Below, piece after piece: positions 23,748-38,439 of a stretch of DNA of 64,000 nt. Under the pieces are notes generated by a model that saw only the letters and a list, made by a program, of their open reading frames with translations, was not told the DNA's origin and did no database searches. How positions within the stretch are numbered: position 1 is the stretch's first letter; each line of letters opens with the position of its first letter. The position numbers and the translations under genes are program-made. The DNA is from Octopus vulgaris (lineage: Eukaryota): contig OX597817.1 in NCBI GenBank assembly GCA_951406725.2, forward strand, positions 61,008,001 through 61,072,000. The letters are read 5' to 3'.

Positions 23748-24610
23748 GAACGTCATAGACTACTTCAGGCCCCTTCACTCTGCTCAACGCAGATTTAAAA
23801 ATTTTGGTCAAGGTGTTAGCCGAGAGGTTGGCGCTTGTCATCGAGAAACTAGTCGACGAGGCGCAAACATGCGCTCTGCCGGGGAGGAGTATTCATGACA
23901 ACCTCCATCTGATGCGCTACATCATAGACAAGGTAGTTAAGGATCTTGGCATGGATGGGGCGTTGATGAATTTGGATCAATCAAAAGCTTTCGACAGGGT
24001 AGACCATCACCACTTGGAGGCTCTCCTTAAAGCGGATGGTTTCGGTCCCATCTTCCGCGGTTGGATCACTGCTTTATTACAGCAGCATTCGCTTGGTAGC
24101 TCGCGTAATTGGTCATCTATCCAGACCATTTAACATCATGCGTTCGCTTCTGTATGTATTGACTCTTGAGCCACTACTGCAGAAGCTGGCGACGCTGGGG
24201 GGCATTGCACGAGAGCTGGGATGCGGGAAGAGCGTGTCTACATACGCGGATGACGTCATCATAGTGTCGATCCACAGGCACATCGACCTGGTCGGCGTGA
24301 CACTAAAAGAATATGAAGCGGTTACGGGAGCAAAATTAAGCGGGAAAAGTCAGTGGGCTTGCGGCTCGGCACCTGGAGAAGCTAGCCCATGCCGTCCAAC
24401 AGTGTCTCCATCGTGGGACGCTGAACCGATGAACCAGTTAAATTGCTCGGAGTCTGGTTCGGTCCAGACCAACAAATGGAGAAGAACTGGGGCGAAAGAA
24501 CGACGGCGGAAGTGGAGAACGCGTACATCGCATCCGTCATTGAGTACCGTCTGACCGTCGTGCCTTGTCCCGACCCTACCATCACCAAACTGGAACGCAT
24601 ACTCAAGCGA
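23748..24610 (+). mobile_element. Tx1/L1-clade reverse transcriptase fragment, pseudogenised
   Basis: KVLAERL..QTCALPGRSIHDNL..LDQSKAFDRVDH..LYVLTLEPLL..YADDV..YEAVTGAKL; frameshifts; QGCPLSP motif deleted. Confidence 0.9.
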
Positions 24611-24799
24611 AAGGATTAGAGACAAACACTTACCTCTCTGGCCAATCGCTCATTAACTTTTTCAAGTATCACTTGATGAGAAAGGTGAGAATGGAGAGGC
24701 AGGTTTTGTCTCGTGAAAGTTTAAAAAAAAGTATGTGAATGTAGCAAAGATGGTGCGTGCGAGTGACGAAACTATTTTGAGCATGATCCTGTAAATCTT

Positions 24800-24842
<43 letters not shown>

Positions 24843-25062
24843 TTTGCTGTCATGTGTTTATTCTCTCTCGTGCCTGAGGTTACCGTGGTCTTTTCCGCAG
24901 GCTTTTCTTTCTACGGATAAACTCTTCTGTGATACACGATCCCTTTTGATTGGAATTTTACTTTTTTTCTCTTTCTTTCCCTTTTTCTTTTTCATTTTCG
25001 AAAAGAGAAGCTGTACATTTGTATTTGTCCCCTCTGTTGTCAGCTCTGTGGTATCTATCTAT

Positions 25063-25096
<34 letters not shown>

Positions 25097-25105
25097 CTAT
25101 CTATA

Positions 25106-25164
<59 letters not shown>

Positions 25165-25227
25165 AGCAATGTGACTACACTGTGCTGTTGGAGATTTTTC
25201 TCCATCTTTGGACTTTTCCCTTTCTCC

Positions 25228-25260
25228 TTTCTGACGAGGAGCTATGCTCGAAACGTCAAA
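25228..25260 (+). ncRNA. Minimal type-I hammerhead ribozyme, intact core (family A-related)
   Basis: UUU-CUGACGA-G-GAGC(UAU)GCUC-GAAA-CG-UC-AAA; GUC site. A decayed sibling lies at 7307-7340 (CCGACGA..GAAACAUC). Confidence 0.8.
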
Positions 25261-25369
25261 CTCTCTCTCTCCTTTCACCAAATACATTTCTTGTGCACAT
25301 CTTCAAGTTCGTTGTTTCTTATTTTCATTTTTTTATTCGTTTATTTGAACTGTTTATTTGAATTGATTA

Positions 25370-25720
25370 TATATATAAGTCCATATCGGCGGTGGTTTGA
25401 AATATAGAATTTCGTGTTGTCTTTTAACAAAGAACATCGGACCTGTATTTGGGAGGTATCAATGAAGTACCAAACGAATATTAAAGAATGGATTATTGGT
25501 TTGACTTTTATCCATTCAAAATTCATTCAAAATCTCCACCACCGTCACATAATATCAACAACATCAATAACACTTGACAACGACAACATCATTTACAATC
25601 CACCATGAACAAAGAATGTCCTGCTGACGCACATCAATTTCAGTCAAAGTAAATTTAGTTAATCTTAATCAATAAGTCATTTAATTGCATTTCCTCAATA
25701 TCATCAACCCATTGACATAA
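25370..25720 (+). mobile_element. Decayed Naiad-like PLE fragment
   Basis: NIIYNPP*TKNV resembles the IIWFNPPxSKNV motif of PLE linkers. Confidence 0.4.
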
Positions 25721-26408
25721 CTGTCTAGAACCCAAAGACTCATAGGTTCCAGGGCTTAAAACTCGTAGGCGCCTTCGGTTACTCATTTTCCATGATGTAT
25801 AAGTGACCGTGATCACATCGTCCGCCCTAATTGGCGGAATCCTTGTCCGTCGCAGGGTTAGTTCTCATTTACAGCTGAGTGAAATGGAACGATGTGAAAT
25901 GAAGTGTTTCCTTCAAGAACACAAGTACCACCAGGTCCTAGAATCGAAACCACGATCAAAAGCTTAACGAGTAGACCAGGGGAGCCTGCACTTCGCTGCT
26001 AAGTACTATAGAACTGAAGCTTTATGAAGCTATTTACAATATTTGTGAGAATAGAAGAAAAAAATAAAGTTAAAATATCTGACAAAAGATGCAGAGGTTT
26101 TATTTATGAATAAACAGTTTAATTTTATGGAAGAAAGAGTATCCAGTTTAATTAAGCTTAACAAACCCTCATGTAGGTAATTGTAGCATTAACGCTAATG
26201 TTTTTTTTTCTTATTTATAACGGATGTAATTTTAATTAAACATCTTGAGCTGAAGATGTACTAAACATGCTCTTCCACTCGCCCTTCCCACAAACTTCAG
26301 TTTAAATTACGTTTAGTTTACTAAAACTTCGTTGCAATTTTACGATTACTTTCCTATCGTAGATATTGCTCAGGTGACACAAAGGCCATGCTTTGTTTTA
26401 TAGCCAGG

Positions 26409-26410
<2 letters not shown>

Positions 26411-26445
<35 letters not shown>

Positions 26446-26541
26446 TGTATATGTATATGTATATATATGCATGTATATGTATATATGTATGTATATGTAT
26501 GAATGCATATATGTATGTATGTGTGTATGTATATGTATATG

Positions 26542-26574
<33 letters not shown>

Positions 26575-26631
26575 ATATATATATGTATATATGTATGCAT
26601 GTATATGTATGAATGAACGTATGTATGTATA

Positions 26632-26674
<43 letters not shown>

Positions 26675-26845
26675 TCATATAAATATACATGCATATATAT
26701 ATATGTATGCATATATGTGTATATAAAAGTATATACATCTTTGTATAAATGTAAATGTATAGTAAATGTATACATAAACATATATACATATACTTGCACA
26801 CTCATAAATATTCATACATATATGTGTATATATATATGTATATGT

Positions 26846-26937
<92 letters not shown>
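26411..26937. repeat. Compound (TA)n/(TATG)n/(CA)n microsatellite block
   Basis: Seen directly. Similar blocks at 15105-15310, 21835-22070, 32680-32820, 43120-43465, 45980-46270, 46890-47175, 47743-48010 and 62760-63027. Confidence 0.95.
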
Positions 26938-26941
<4 letters not shown>

Positions 26942-28039
26942 CAGCGTGTACATACGCGTGCGTGTGGTTTCTTATTCCTTACTCTTAATAAACATTTAGT
27001 TTCCTCAAGCAGTCTTGTCTAGTAAATACTTTCTTTATAAACAAACTAAATACAAGCATTTGTATGTCTTTCTTTTTCGTTTCTTTTATTATTTCAAGTG
27101 AAGAAGATAAATTCAAAAATTTTAGTTGATGTTGACCTGCTTGGTTTCAAAATGTTGTTGAAGCAAGCCCCCTTTAATTTTACAACTCCGGGAATTTTAG
27201 TACGAAAAAGCAAGCGCAGGTTATAAATTTGAAAAGAGAAAAAAAAACCCCCCAAAACTCATACACATGCCTTGTTTAGGTTAGCTCTACATAAATAAGA
27301 TAGAGACACATTAGCGCAGAAAGTAAATTTTATACGAGTTACGTAGCTGACTGCACATATCAATTGACTCCGAAGATGTTTTTTCTCTTTTTTACATGTT
27401 GTTTAGAACTCCCTTTTATCTCACGCCCGGCATTTTCTTTCTGGAAAATATTTCCAGGTCTTCCCAGTTTTATTTTCTCCATTTATTCTTAACTGGCACG
27501 GGCAAAATGCTACACACTTTCAGGGGATATAAATAGGACTGGTCATTCGGTTTCCATGGCGTTAGAGTGACCAATATAACAAACCCCTCCCACTATGCCA
27601 GTCCAACTCTTTTATGACTGACTGGACGGGAGCAACATGAAATGAAGTGTTTTGCTAAAAAATACAATGAAAAACCTGGTCGGGAATTGAAACCATGATC
27701 TTACGATCCCAAGTGCCATACTCTAACCGACAGGCCATGTGCCTTTCACTTGTAAGGGATGGGAATACTCAATTAAAGCAGATCACGGTATATGACTGGT
27801 ACTGATCATTTTTACGACGAACAGAATTGCAAATGAAAACGTATTAAGGTCTAACAAAATACCGCAAGAAATTTGGTCCGATGCTCTACCGATTGGTTTA
27901 TTGCGATTTAAAAAAGCTGATTCTGTTTTCCATGAAATATGACATGTGAATAGAATACAGAAAATAGTGTGTCAGGGTTTCGATTTCTTACAAGAAAAAT
28001 CACAAACAAATATCGCTCCTTAATTTTGGCACAGTGTCA

Positions 28040-28230
28040 GCAATTTCAGAAATGGCGGAAAAGTGGATCATATCGAACCCAGTGCTCAGCTGGTACTTAT
28101 TTTATCGACCCCAAAAGAATGGAAGATAAAGTGAACTTGGGCGGTATTCGAACTCTGAACGTAAAACCGGCTGCAATGCCACTGAGCCTTTCTTCCGACA
28201 CATTAACGATTCTACCATTTCACCGCCTTA
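28040..28230 (-). mobile_element. tRNA-derived SINE, second family
   Basis: ctggtacttattttatcgacccc..aagtgaacttgggcggtattcgaactctgaacg..caccgcct; copies at ~31075-31215, 31540-31690, 33420-33630, 35750-35950 and 59600-59850 (-), and 39700-39870 and 42045-42180 (+). Confidence 0.7.
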
Positions 28231-28759
28231 AAATTATAAATAAATATCAAATTTATTTCCAGTTCACATCCCTCCAAGATCAACCTATCCTTCCACCCCA
28301 AATAATGTTCTAGTCTGCAAGTGGAGTAGAGTTTTCTCCCCTTTACTCTTTTTATAATTGTGTCTGTCAGTCTCTCTTTTCTGTGAGAAATTGACTGTGA
28401 TCAGATCTCTGTCGGGTCTAAAAATACCGTATGCCATTATGGCACCCCACGTTTCTACCCAATTATAACTGAAAAAGGGAGGTAAATGACGAAAGAGAAG
28501 TGAATGGCAGAATGAGGAGAACAACAGACAAAATACAGAACTTCGTCCGTCCTTATAATTTCCAAGTTCAGATCCAGCTAAAACTGATTTTGTCTTTTCG
28601 AAAATTAATTCCTGTTATATACTGAGTGCAATGGTATCAACTTTACCTCATCGTTCCTCGATAAATTTTCTGCCTTGTTCTTATGTTACAAGCCTTATTG
28701 TACCTAGGTGTGTGTCCTAAGGTATTCGAACTCAGTATTGTACATTTATCTCTTCGTCC

Positions 28760-29085
28760 GTTTCCATTAGGGGGTAAAACTCTCAGGCACCTTCTCCCTA
28801 GGGTTCTATCGTAAGCCATTACGCCACCATTATACTTTCCTGCTAGATTCTCAAGTGTGACCAAATGAGCAAATAAGATCATGGATGTTACACCCAAGCA
28901 TCTTGTTCTTGGTCTGCTCCTAAATCTCCTGCCGTCTTGCGATTCTTTCCGTAGAGGGACTTCTTTATCACCAAGATATGAACCCCGTCGAGTAACATCG
29001 AGATCCTGCAGAGGAATTCCATTTCGGTCGCTTGTATTCTTGATCATAGTCTTTCAGTCATTACCCAATATTCTTGTTTAAATAA
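28760..29085 (-). mobile_element. Decayed RTE LINE 3' fragment
   Basis: EYWVMTERL*SRIQATEMEFLCRI..GRRFRSRPRTRC..DRTLGRRCLRVLPP. Confidence 0.65.
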
Positions 29086-29477
29086 ACTTCCGGCAATCTC
29101 GTATTACGCTCGCATCCTTTTTATGTTCACAACATCCTGTTATGTTCTTTTCTCTGAATTATAAAATATGTGTCAGTTACGGGTTCTATGGATCCGTAGA
29201 GCAAAATGAAAAATCTTTGAGAGTTGATTGGCTCTTCATCACCAATACCAGTAATACCCGTTTTGTCCATGCAATCCTCGACTATTATTATTTGAAAGTA
29301 AATTTCAACCGGAGACTATGCTTTGTGCCACCCTGCCGTGCCGTGCTGTGCCGTACTGTGCCGTGCCGTGCCCTGTCAGCCGAGATAATATAAGTAAATG
29401 CAGTGTTTATGTCCAACAAATCTCCTTTAGTGGATAGAAATTCAAGAACGATTGTACACCCACTCTCAATTTCCTCT

Positions 29478-29485
29478 CCTTTCTC

Positions 29486-29549
<64 letters not shown>

Positions 29550-29556
29550 TCCTCTA

Positions 29557-29595
<39 letters not shown>

Positions 29596-29683
29596 TTTCT
29601 TCCTTCCTTCCTTCCTTCCTTCCTTCCTTCCTTCCTTCCTTCCTTCCTTCCTTTCTTTCTTTTTTTCTTTCTTTCTTTCTTTT
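29478..29683. repeat. (TTTC)n/(TTCC)n polypyrimidine tract
   Basis: Seen directly. Confidence 0.95.
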
Positions 29684-29768
29684 ATATAATTCTCGCTCTC
29701 CCAATAAATACATATATCCGGGTGAGTTTGTGCGTCCACGAACCTGTCTGTATGTTTACTTGATATGC

Positions 29769-29821
<53 letters not shown>

Positions 29822-30011
29822 ATCATGGAAGAATAGAGGTGGGGGTGTATTTACATTATTTTATGTACCTGTGTATATGCATACAAACATATCTGCGCGT
29901 AAAGAAATATTTATATACCTTTCAAAGGGGTGTTGAAGAGAGCGGCATATTTAAAATTTTAGCGGAGATAAAGATAAGACAGACAAACACACACACAGAC
30001 CGATAGATAGA

Positions 30012-30104
<93 letters not shown>

Positions 30105-31340
30105 AGAGGTAGAGAGAGTGAGAGAGAAAACGAAAGAGACAGGTAGTAAGAGAAAGAGTGTGTATTTTTATATCAGTGTGCGTGCGTGTTTATTTATATG
30201 TTATATGTATAAATGCTAAAAGAGAGTTTGTTTGTGTAGGTGTTGCTGCACGCTTGGATTTAGTTGTATAGTGTAAGTAGTGCAAATAGGACAATGAAGA
30301 AACGTCCAGATGATTCGCAGCTGGAGGAGAAGACAGCTGTTGTAATTCAGATTAATTGTTGCAAAAACGAATGTGCAGCCATTTATATGCACATGTTGAG
30401 GGATTTAATGAGACAATTTACTGCAAAACGTGAGATAAGTAATGAATTATTGATGGAAGGTTTGATGCAAGAATTTTCAAATCATGCTTAATTGGAAGAA
30501 GCAAATTTTTACTAAAAACAAATGTCTGTAGTCACACAAATATATCCTTAAACCTTCAACGTATATTACACCCTGTATGCATGTATATATATATTTTTAT
30601 GAACAGATTTCTGTGTTATTTTGATGGGTTAGATGCCTGGTAGTTGGCTTCTAATGAAACACGATATCAGGAATACTACGTGCTTTCCAAACTTTTCTTT
30701 TCCTTTTTGTTTTTTTTTGTATTAAATTTTACGACGGTTTTGCATATTCATTCTATTTCAGACATGGAGTTCATTTGTAGTTTATGATATATGAAGCTAC
30801 GCTATCTCTCGAAAGAGCGATGTTTTTGTATCGCTATTCTTTGGATACAGATGTGTCAATATGTACGCTGTTGTATCAGTAATGTTTTGTGGGAAGTAGA
30901 ACATTTATTTAAGATCCGGCATTTTGACTCCGAATAGAAATAATTCTATTCTCTGATCTCGAATAATTCTTTCCAATTCAGGTCAATGTGGATTCTATGG
31001 AGAAATCGTTCCTTCTGGTCTTATCTAGTGTATCATAATTCTGGACAAGATGGCAGCAATTGTAAGGAGAGAGGTAAGTTTATTTATCGACCCCTAAAGA
31101 ATGAAGGGCAAAGTTGACCTCTGCGGAATTTTAACTCAGAACATTTAGAGCCAAAAGATATACCGTAAAGCATTTTGTCCGACGTGATACTGATTCTGTC
31201 AGCTTGCCGCCTTCGTGATCCCAAATAATTATTTCTACTATAAGCTCAAGAAATATAAATCAGTGACGAGTTGTCACTCTGGAAACTATATATTTCGAAC
31301 GGAAATTTGACAGCGCCACCTCTAGCCGAGCAATTATTCT

Positions 31341-31379
31341 GTGCTGATGAAGTGAAATAACCCGGAAATCGCGTTACAC
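31341..31379 (+). ncRNA. Decayed hammerhead-like motif
   Basis: GUG-CUGAUGA-AGUGAAAUAACCCG-GAAA-UCGCG-UUA-CAC; core intact, stem II degenerate. Confidence 0.4.
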
Positions 31380-32324
31380 TGATATTGTTTTGAGCTGAGT
31401 GGGAGTTCTAGATTCCCTTGTTCAAAAATGTAAGGACACATCGTGTCGTATAGCCAGCTGGAGACGATGTCTCCTGGGGCTAGATTACAGCAACATTCGT
31501 CCTAAACTAGGACTGCCATGTTATGTTGGCAAACAATCTTTACTATATAAGCACAAGGTTTGAAAGTTTAGAAGAAGAAAGCTAATCGATTCCATCGATC
31601 CCAGTGCTCAACTGGTACTTATTTCACTGAACTTGAAAGGACGAAAGCCAAAGTCGACTTAAGCGGAATTTGAACTTAGCATCATCCCAAATAATATCAA
31701 ACAAGACTTTATTTGCCGATTTAACTTTTAAAACCTCACTAATTTTCCGATAGTTCCTAATTCTTGTTGGATATAGTAATTTAATTATATTAAACAGTAA
31801 TCTGGTAATTAAATTACGTCTCAAGAGGAGACAACATCTTAAGAGAATCTTCCTGAAGAACATCGCTCATTCTTGGCTGATATCCACAAAATTAGTTTTG
31901 CATACCCTATATTTTATATTTATATTTATATTCACTTGTTTTATGTTTTGTTTGCAAACGAAACTTTGCGGGGATTTCTTATTCATAAAGTACACAGAAG
32001 AAACTTCAAGGATAAATGTTATCAATTCGTAAAGTACATTATGTCAATCTAATGCTTCCCTTCGTGATTTCATTTCGTTTTACTGAACTATTTAGAATTT
32101 TCCAATGTTATTTTTAGGGTGGAGGCCATGTCAGTTTCGTTCCCCCACTTACGCCATTTATATTTTCCCATTACATTTTGGTAAACGTCACATTTAATTG
32201 TTGGCTTCTTTTCTTTATTCCAGATAAAGCTTCTGGGCTTTCGAATCCAAACCTTATTCGATGGCGTTACAGCTAACTTAAGGTTTCCGAAGTTCTTTTT
32301 TTAAGTAAATTTCTATCGCGCATG

Positions 32325-32818
<494 letters not shown>

Positions 32819-34334
32819 CTATTCAGCAGAGGATTCCAGAAGTTAAATTAATGCGAATGTGAGATAAGGAGTGATGCCTGATGGAAACAGTGGCGAATCC
32901 ATTTGTAATCTCGGGGTGCGGCTTTGTTAGAGAGGACACTAATTCCAAATCTGATTGTAGAAGAGGATTTAAATTTTATGCCAATTAGTGACATAACAAA
33001 TATTCGGTGAATATGGATGAGATTAAAGATAACAGAAAGCTTATCAAAGCCTTTAAAGTGATTGGGACTAAATTAGCCGCTAACGACATAAGTCGAGGTT
33101 TGGAACAGAAGAGGGTTATGTGCTAAATAATGTTATATATCTCGAACAAAATGGTTTCGTCAGCTATTGTGAATTCATATCGCTTAATACTTAAAACGAA
33201 AGTGGGGTCAAGGGCCGGCATGATGTACACAAGTTATGTGAAATTCAAATAAATGTAGAAAAAAAAATCTGTAATATTTAACAATGCCATCTGGTCCTTG
33301 TGCATGTTAAGGAAATTCGACTCATTTGCAAGCTTTCGGGATAGGACTCTTGTTTGAGGCTAGCTTCTCTCACCCCTTCACCAGCACTTTAATCTCACAG
33401 GACATGTAAGAGAGAACTGCTTCTAATAAAGGCACAAAGCATGATATTTTGGGGAGGCAGGTGAGTGGATTACATGAATCTTAGAGTTTGACAGGTATTT
33501 TATTGATTTTGAAAGGATGAAAGAGAATGTTGACCTCAGCGGGATTTGAACTCGCACCTAAAAAGTCGGAAAGAATGCCGCCAAGCCTTTTATCCAAAGT
33601 GGTGACGGTTATGCCAACTGGCCGGCTTCCCTGTAAAGTATTATGGATGCTGGCCCTACTTCCTAATAGATAATAAAATAAAAGATGTATGATTCAACAG
33701 TCGGAGAGCGGGGTACTATTACAACCAAGTTGCCATAATGATGGTTCGAAAAGATTGCATCACAAATGCATGCGTTGTTATACGCACAGGAATTTCATAA
33801 TGCCAGGAGTTCCACGACAAATAGAGGAATCTGCATAATAACATACATATTTCCATTTGTACAAAGATGTATGCCAGTCTGATGCCGACTCAATGATGCT
33901 TGATTCATTTATTGAACTATGTAACCGTTAAGACGGCGCACGCACACACGCACACACGCACACACACATAAACACGCGCGCGCGTACACACACACAACCC
34001 CCCCCCCCCTATATATATGAGAAACTGTGGTGCTGGCAGAGCTGGTACTTGTGCATGATGGCACAGTCTCCTCGGAGCCATTACAAAGATGTATATGTTT
34101 ATTTCGTTTTTTAAGTTCGCTTACCATTCGGTGATTAATGTTACGCTCTGTTCTCGCCTAACGTTTTATTTCAAAGTTTATATCTAAGTTCTAACAACTG
34201 GTTATTAAGATATTGCCATGCTTAAGCGAAATAGTTACACACACACACACACGTACGCACACACACACACACTCATATATGTTTATCAATTTGTGTTGAA
34301 AGATTCCTGATATGAAATCGTGTGTTGGAACAGA

Positions 34335-34600
34335 AATTGTTGTATTTCGCAAAGGTTATTTTTCTTTTCTAATAAACACACGCACTATATACTTGTTCTT
34401 CGCTCGTTTATTACTGTTCTTATTTTAACCCATGTCCATTGTCCAGAAATCTTTCTTCACACATCTGTGATCTCTTCAGCGACACTTTTCGGTTTCGTGT
34501 GTGCTCTTGTTCCACTTAAAAACAGTAACAAACGAATGAAAAACACATATATTGTGCGTTTGTTTATTTCACAAAAAAAGAAATGACTATTCCGTATTAC
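34335..34600 (-). mobile_element. Diverged copy of the family-B PLE terminal repeat, with HHR at 34441-34483
   Basis: ttgttgtatttcg..cacacgcactatata matches 7346 onward. Minus strand: GUCG-CUGAAGA-GAUCAC(AGAUGU)GUGA-A-GAAA-GAUU-UC-UGGAC. Confidence 0.6.
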
Positions 34601-34918
34601 AACAATATATATATATATATCAAATGGATGTATTATAAAACTATTCCACACATACAATAACTGCCATACCAACAATCCAGCATGCCTCCATCATCAGCTG
34701 CCTCACGGATATCATTATGGTTTCGACTCTTGGGCAGAATCATTCAATCCCGCGGTGTCAGCAGCACTAACACAAGTGTTGTTTGGGAACAAACGTATCA
34801 TTGATATCGCCACATTCATTCAATCTTAACTCTAGGAAGGATTAAATACTAATATTACGCGCACACACACACATACACGTATATAAACACATATACATAT
34901 AAATATGTATATATTCTT

Positions 34919-35004
<86 letters not shown>

Positions 35005-35189
35005 CTTTAATTTTCATTTTTCATAATCTCATTAAACTTAGATAACGCTTATATACTGGCGTCAGTTTTGAGGAGGTTCTGTGGCATATATGTGTGTGTG
35101 TGTGTGTGTGAGAGTTTGAGTGTGTGTATGTGTGTGAGCGTGTGTATGTGTGTGTGTCGGTGTATGATGTATTTATGTATTGTATATAT

Positions 35190-35240
<51 letters not shown>

Positions 35241-35277
35241 TATATGTTATATATACACATATGTGTATGCTATGTGC

Positions 35278-35590
35278 AGCTTTGTATACTTGCTCGGATG
35301 CGTAGCCCCTCCAGCAATCATTTTCCAGTTGTTCGGGATAATTAGTATCAGCCTTTGTTTCAGCACCACTGGCTTCACCAGTATTTTTTATGTTTTACAA
35401 ATTCAAGCATTCCTTAAACCTTCTAAGTTAGCCTTTATTAGCCACATAATGTCTTTCGTTAGAAGTTTCACTTTCGTTTTTCAGCATATCGTATACATGA
35501 AGTTGTGGCTTTTAAAATTAATGTCGAGCTTATTGGTACAATTCGTTGAATTTAACTTTCGATACGTGCATCCAAGAACCGTTCCATTCT
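35278..35590 (-). mobile_element. pogo/Tigger transposase fragment, decayed
   Basis: ANKG*LRRFKECLNL*NIKNTGEASGAETKA..YPEQL..GYASEQVY resembles pogo ASKGWFxRFKxRxNLxNIKxxGEAASAD..GYxxEQVFN. Confidence 0.75.
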
Positions 35591-36333
35591 AAGTATAAAA
35601 TGAGATCTGTGAAATAATAAGGTTCGAGAAGTTGCCGCAGTTGAGAACAATTAAATATTTGTCTTTTGCCATGAATTGTTCTCACTGTAGACGCTACAAA
35701 CTTTAACGTTCGGGCAGCCTGGCTAATTTATTCCTGCGGCATCAGGGTTTCTAATTTAGGCCCAAGGCCTGAAAATTTGGGGGAGGGTGCAAGTCTTTTA
35801 CATCAGCTAGTAGTTATTTCATCGGATTCCTAAAAGATAAAAGGGTAAGTTGACCTCAACGCTTTTGAACTCAGAACATCAAACCAGAGAAAATGCCGCT
35901 AAGCATTTTGTCCGACGAGGCAACGATTCCTTAAGGTCGCCGCCATTAATCAGGTTTAGTATCCGGTTTAATTCTTTTATGTTTCTCTTTGAGACTTCTT
36001 CCTTTATTTGCACTTGATAGCTTTTTTCCCACACACCTTAAATTGTTGATAAATTGAACAGCAGTGCGGATCAGCAATTATCCACAACAAATACATAGTA
36101 AAGGGAATGACTCTTGGAAAGAACATTTTGTGAGAGCCGAAAATTATTCAAATGGAGGCAAGAATAAGAATGGAGAGATGAATGAGTAAAAGATGGAGGT
36201 AGAACTATTATCTAATGAAAGTTAGTTGGAGGGTTACTAAATTCGAGGGCAGTTCGCCTCTTGCACCCCTGATCGGAGCCATGAAAGAACACCGACCATA
36301 CTCATGCGCAGCCGTTTTTATAATGACATCTGT

Positions 36334-36423
<90 letters not shown>

Positions 36424-37515
36424 GTCTGTCTGTCTGTCTGTCCGTCTGTCTGTCTATCTGTCTGTCGGTCGGTCTGTGTGTAAAGGCTTACACTTGGAGA
36501 TATTGTTATTCCATGTCTGCGCTTGCATAGCCAGGTGAGCTGCTGCTCTTTTCATATCTGGGTGAAGCTGGTTGTTCGGAGAAACACACACTATTTCTGC
36601 CTATTGTCTTTTAGGAGCAGACTATGTGTAATTCCTTCTTCTTTTGGTTCCCTCTCCTTTCTTCGTCCTCCTTCTGTAAAGGAGTTCTAATTAAGACTCA
36701 TGCAGTTGTGGCGGGGCTTCAAATGTGCAAAACGCCAGGTTTGTTCCATTGTCTCCAAGCCAGTAATTTCTTTTCCGGTAACATTCGAAGATGTTTCTAC
36801 TTTTGTACTTCCCCTTTCTTTTGCCCAAATTGTTGGAGGTCTTCTGTCGTGATTCAAAGTTTTCCTTTTATTGTAGCAGTTTCACTAGACACCCCCCATC
36901 AGGCCATCCTAGATTATTTTCTGTCATGGTTTATATTAGAGGCTATACTTTTTTTTTCTTTCTCTTACTTTTTGCTCTTCGTTGTCTCTGGCAGCCCTTG
37001 TTTTGTCACGTATTTGCTTTTGTTTTCTCCCTTTTCCGTCGCTCTCATCTCTTTGGCTGTGAACAGCGGCGGGAGCAGGGCCAGTATCAAGTGTTTCCAT
37101 CGTTATCAAGCTTCTCAGTCGTGGCTTCGGCTTTGCTGGGCCCAGGAAACTTTTCATTTCCTTTATATATTTACCTACCTACATACATACATATACACAT
37201 GAACACGTTAGCCACGCCCGCTGCGTTATCTTATGCATGTCTTCGTCTCAAGAGCAGCGTTAATTTATTCTAGTTTCTCAGAGACAAAATCTTCTGCTTC
37301 AAACCTAGCCATTTTTGTTGAAATCAGATAGGCAGAGTTAGAAATAAAACAACAATAACTAAAAAAAAGAAAAGAAATGAAAGAGAAGACGCGAGAAAAT
37401 AAATCAAGAATGAATATGTTTGTGGTCGTTACGCTCTGTTGGTGACTAAAATATCAGTGTTACATAAAATGTAATGTTGCTGTTATCATGATAGTTCCAC
37501 TCCTTTTTATTTGTG

Positions 37516-37568
<53 letters not shown>

Positions 37569-37581
37569 TAATAATAATAAG

Positions 37582-38100
37582 TTCTTAAGGCCTTCTATCA
37601 TGACATGTATTTCCCCCAAAATAGATCTAATACTGAGCAAACCTGCCTAAACTTGAGACAGAAGCACCTTGTAGTAACATCCTACATAGACAGTAACAAA
37701 CTTACCAACGTCAGAAGAAACATTATTAAAAAGAAATTATTAACTGAATTAGAGATTGACCAAATTAAACAAACAGTAAGGGATAAAAGGAACGAAGCTG
37801 CAGCTAAAGAAGATACTACAGAGGAAATAATTATAGACCAACCCAGTGCTGATGAGAATAAAATAATGATTGAAAGAGTTAACGTAACTGATAAGCAAAG
37901 TGAAATACTCTCTGAAACAACCATAAACACCAAGGTAGATGAAAACCAAATGGATGAAGAAAATCACACACAAATTGACCCAACTGAACTAAATGATCTA
38001 AAAAATCAAATCATGATTGAATGGCTGAAAATTAAAGAAACCAGTATGAATGAACGTGACACTCTCCCCATAATTCGCAATTCTAACCAAAACTTGAAAG
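37582..38100 (+). mobile_element. R4/Dong LINE N-terminal ORF fragment
   Basis: NTEQTC..IDSNKLTNVRRNIIKKKLLTELEIDQIKQTV..IKETSMNERDTLP; begins right after (TAA)n at 37520-37580. Confidence 0.65.
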
Positions 38101-38361
38101 TAATTTATCGCTCACAACGATCGTTTCGATCCATCCTGCATCGATTCCTCGCGGTTGGGACACTGTACAACTAGTTGTAGCGCATTTCTCGATGTAGATG
38201 CATCTCGTCAGGTGATAAGAGATATCTCGTTCCGCACCAACGGCTTAAAACTATGGTTACTGATAACATGCTGTATTAAAACAGCGAAACTGAGTTACTC
38301 CTTATAGCATCATCAGACGAGACACCTCTGCACTGAGGGACGCACCACAGCCAATCGTACA

Positions 38362-38439
<78 letters not shown>

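Noticed and set aside
32860-33250. Possible decayed RT, and a possible Tc1 remnant at 58480-58760
   Set aside because: Similarity is too weak to support without a search.
34690-34755. HHR on the minus strand
   Set aside because: CUGAUGA and GAAA are present but cannot be fitted to consistent stems without several assumed mutations.
36530-37170. Possible decayed coding element
   Set aside because: Composition looks TE-like but I recognise no motif.
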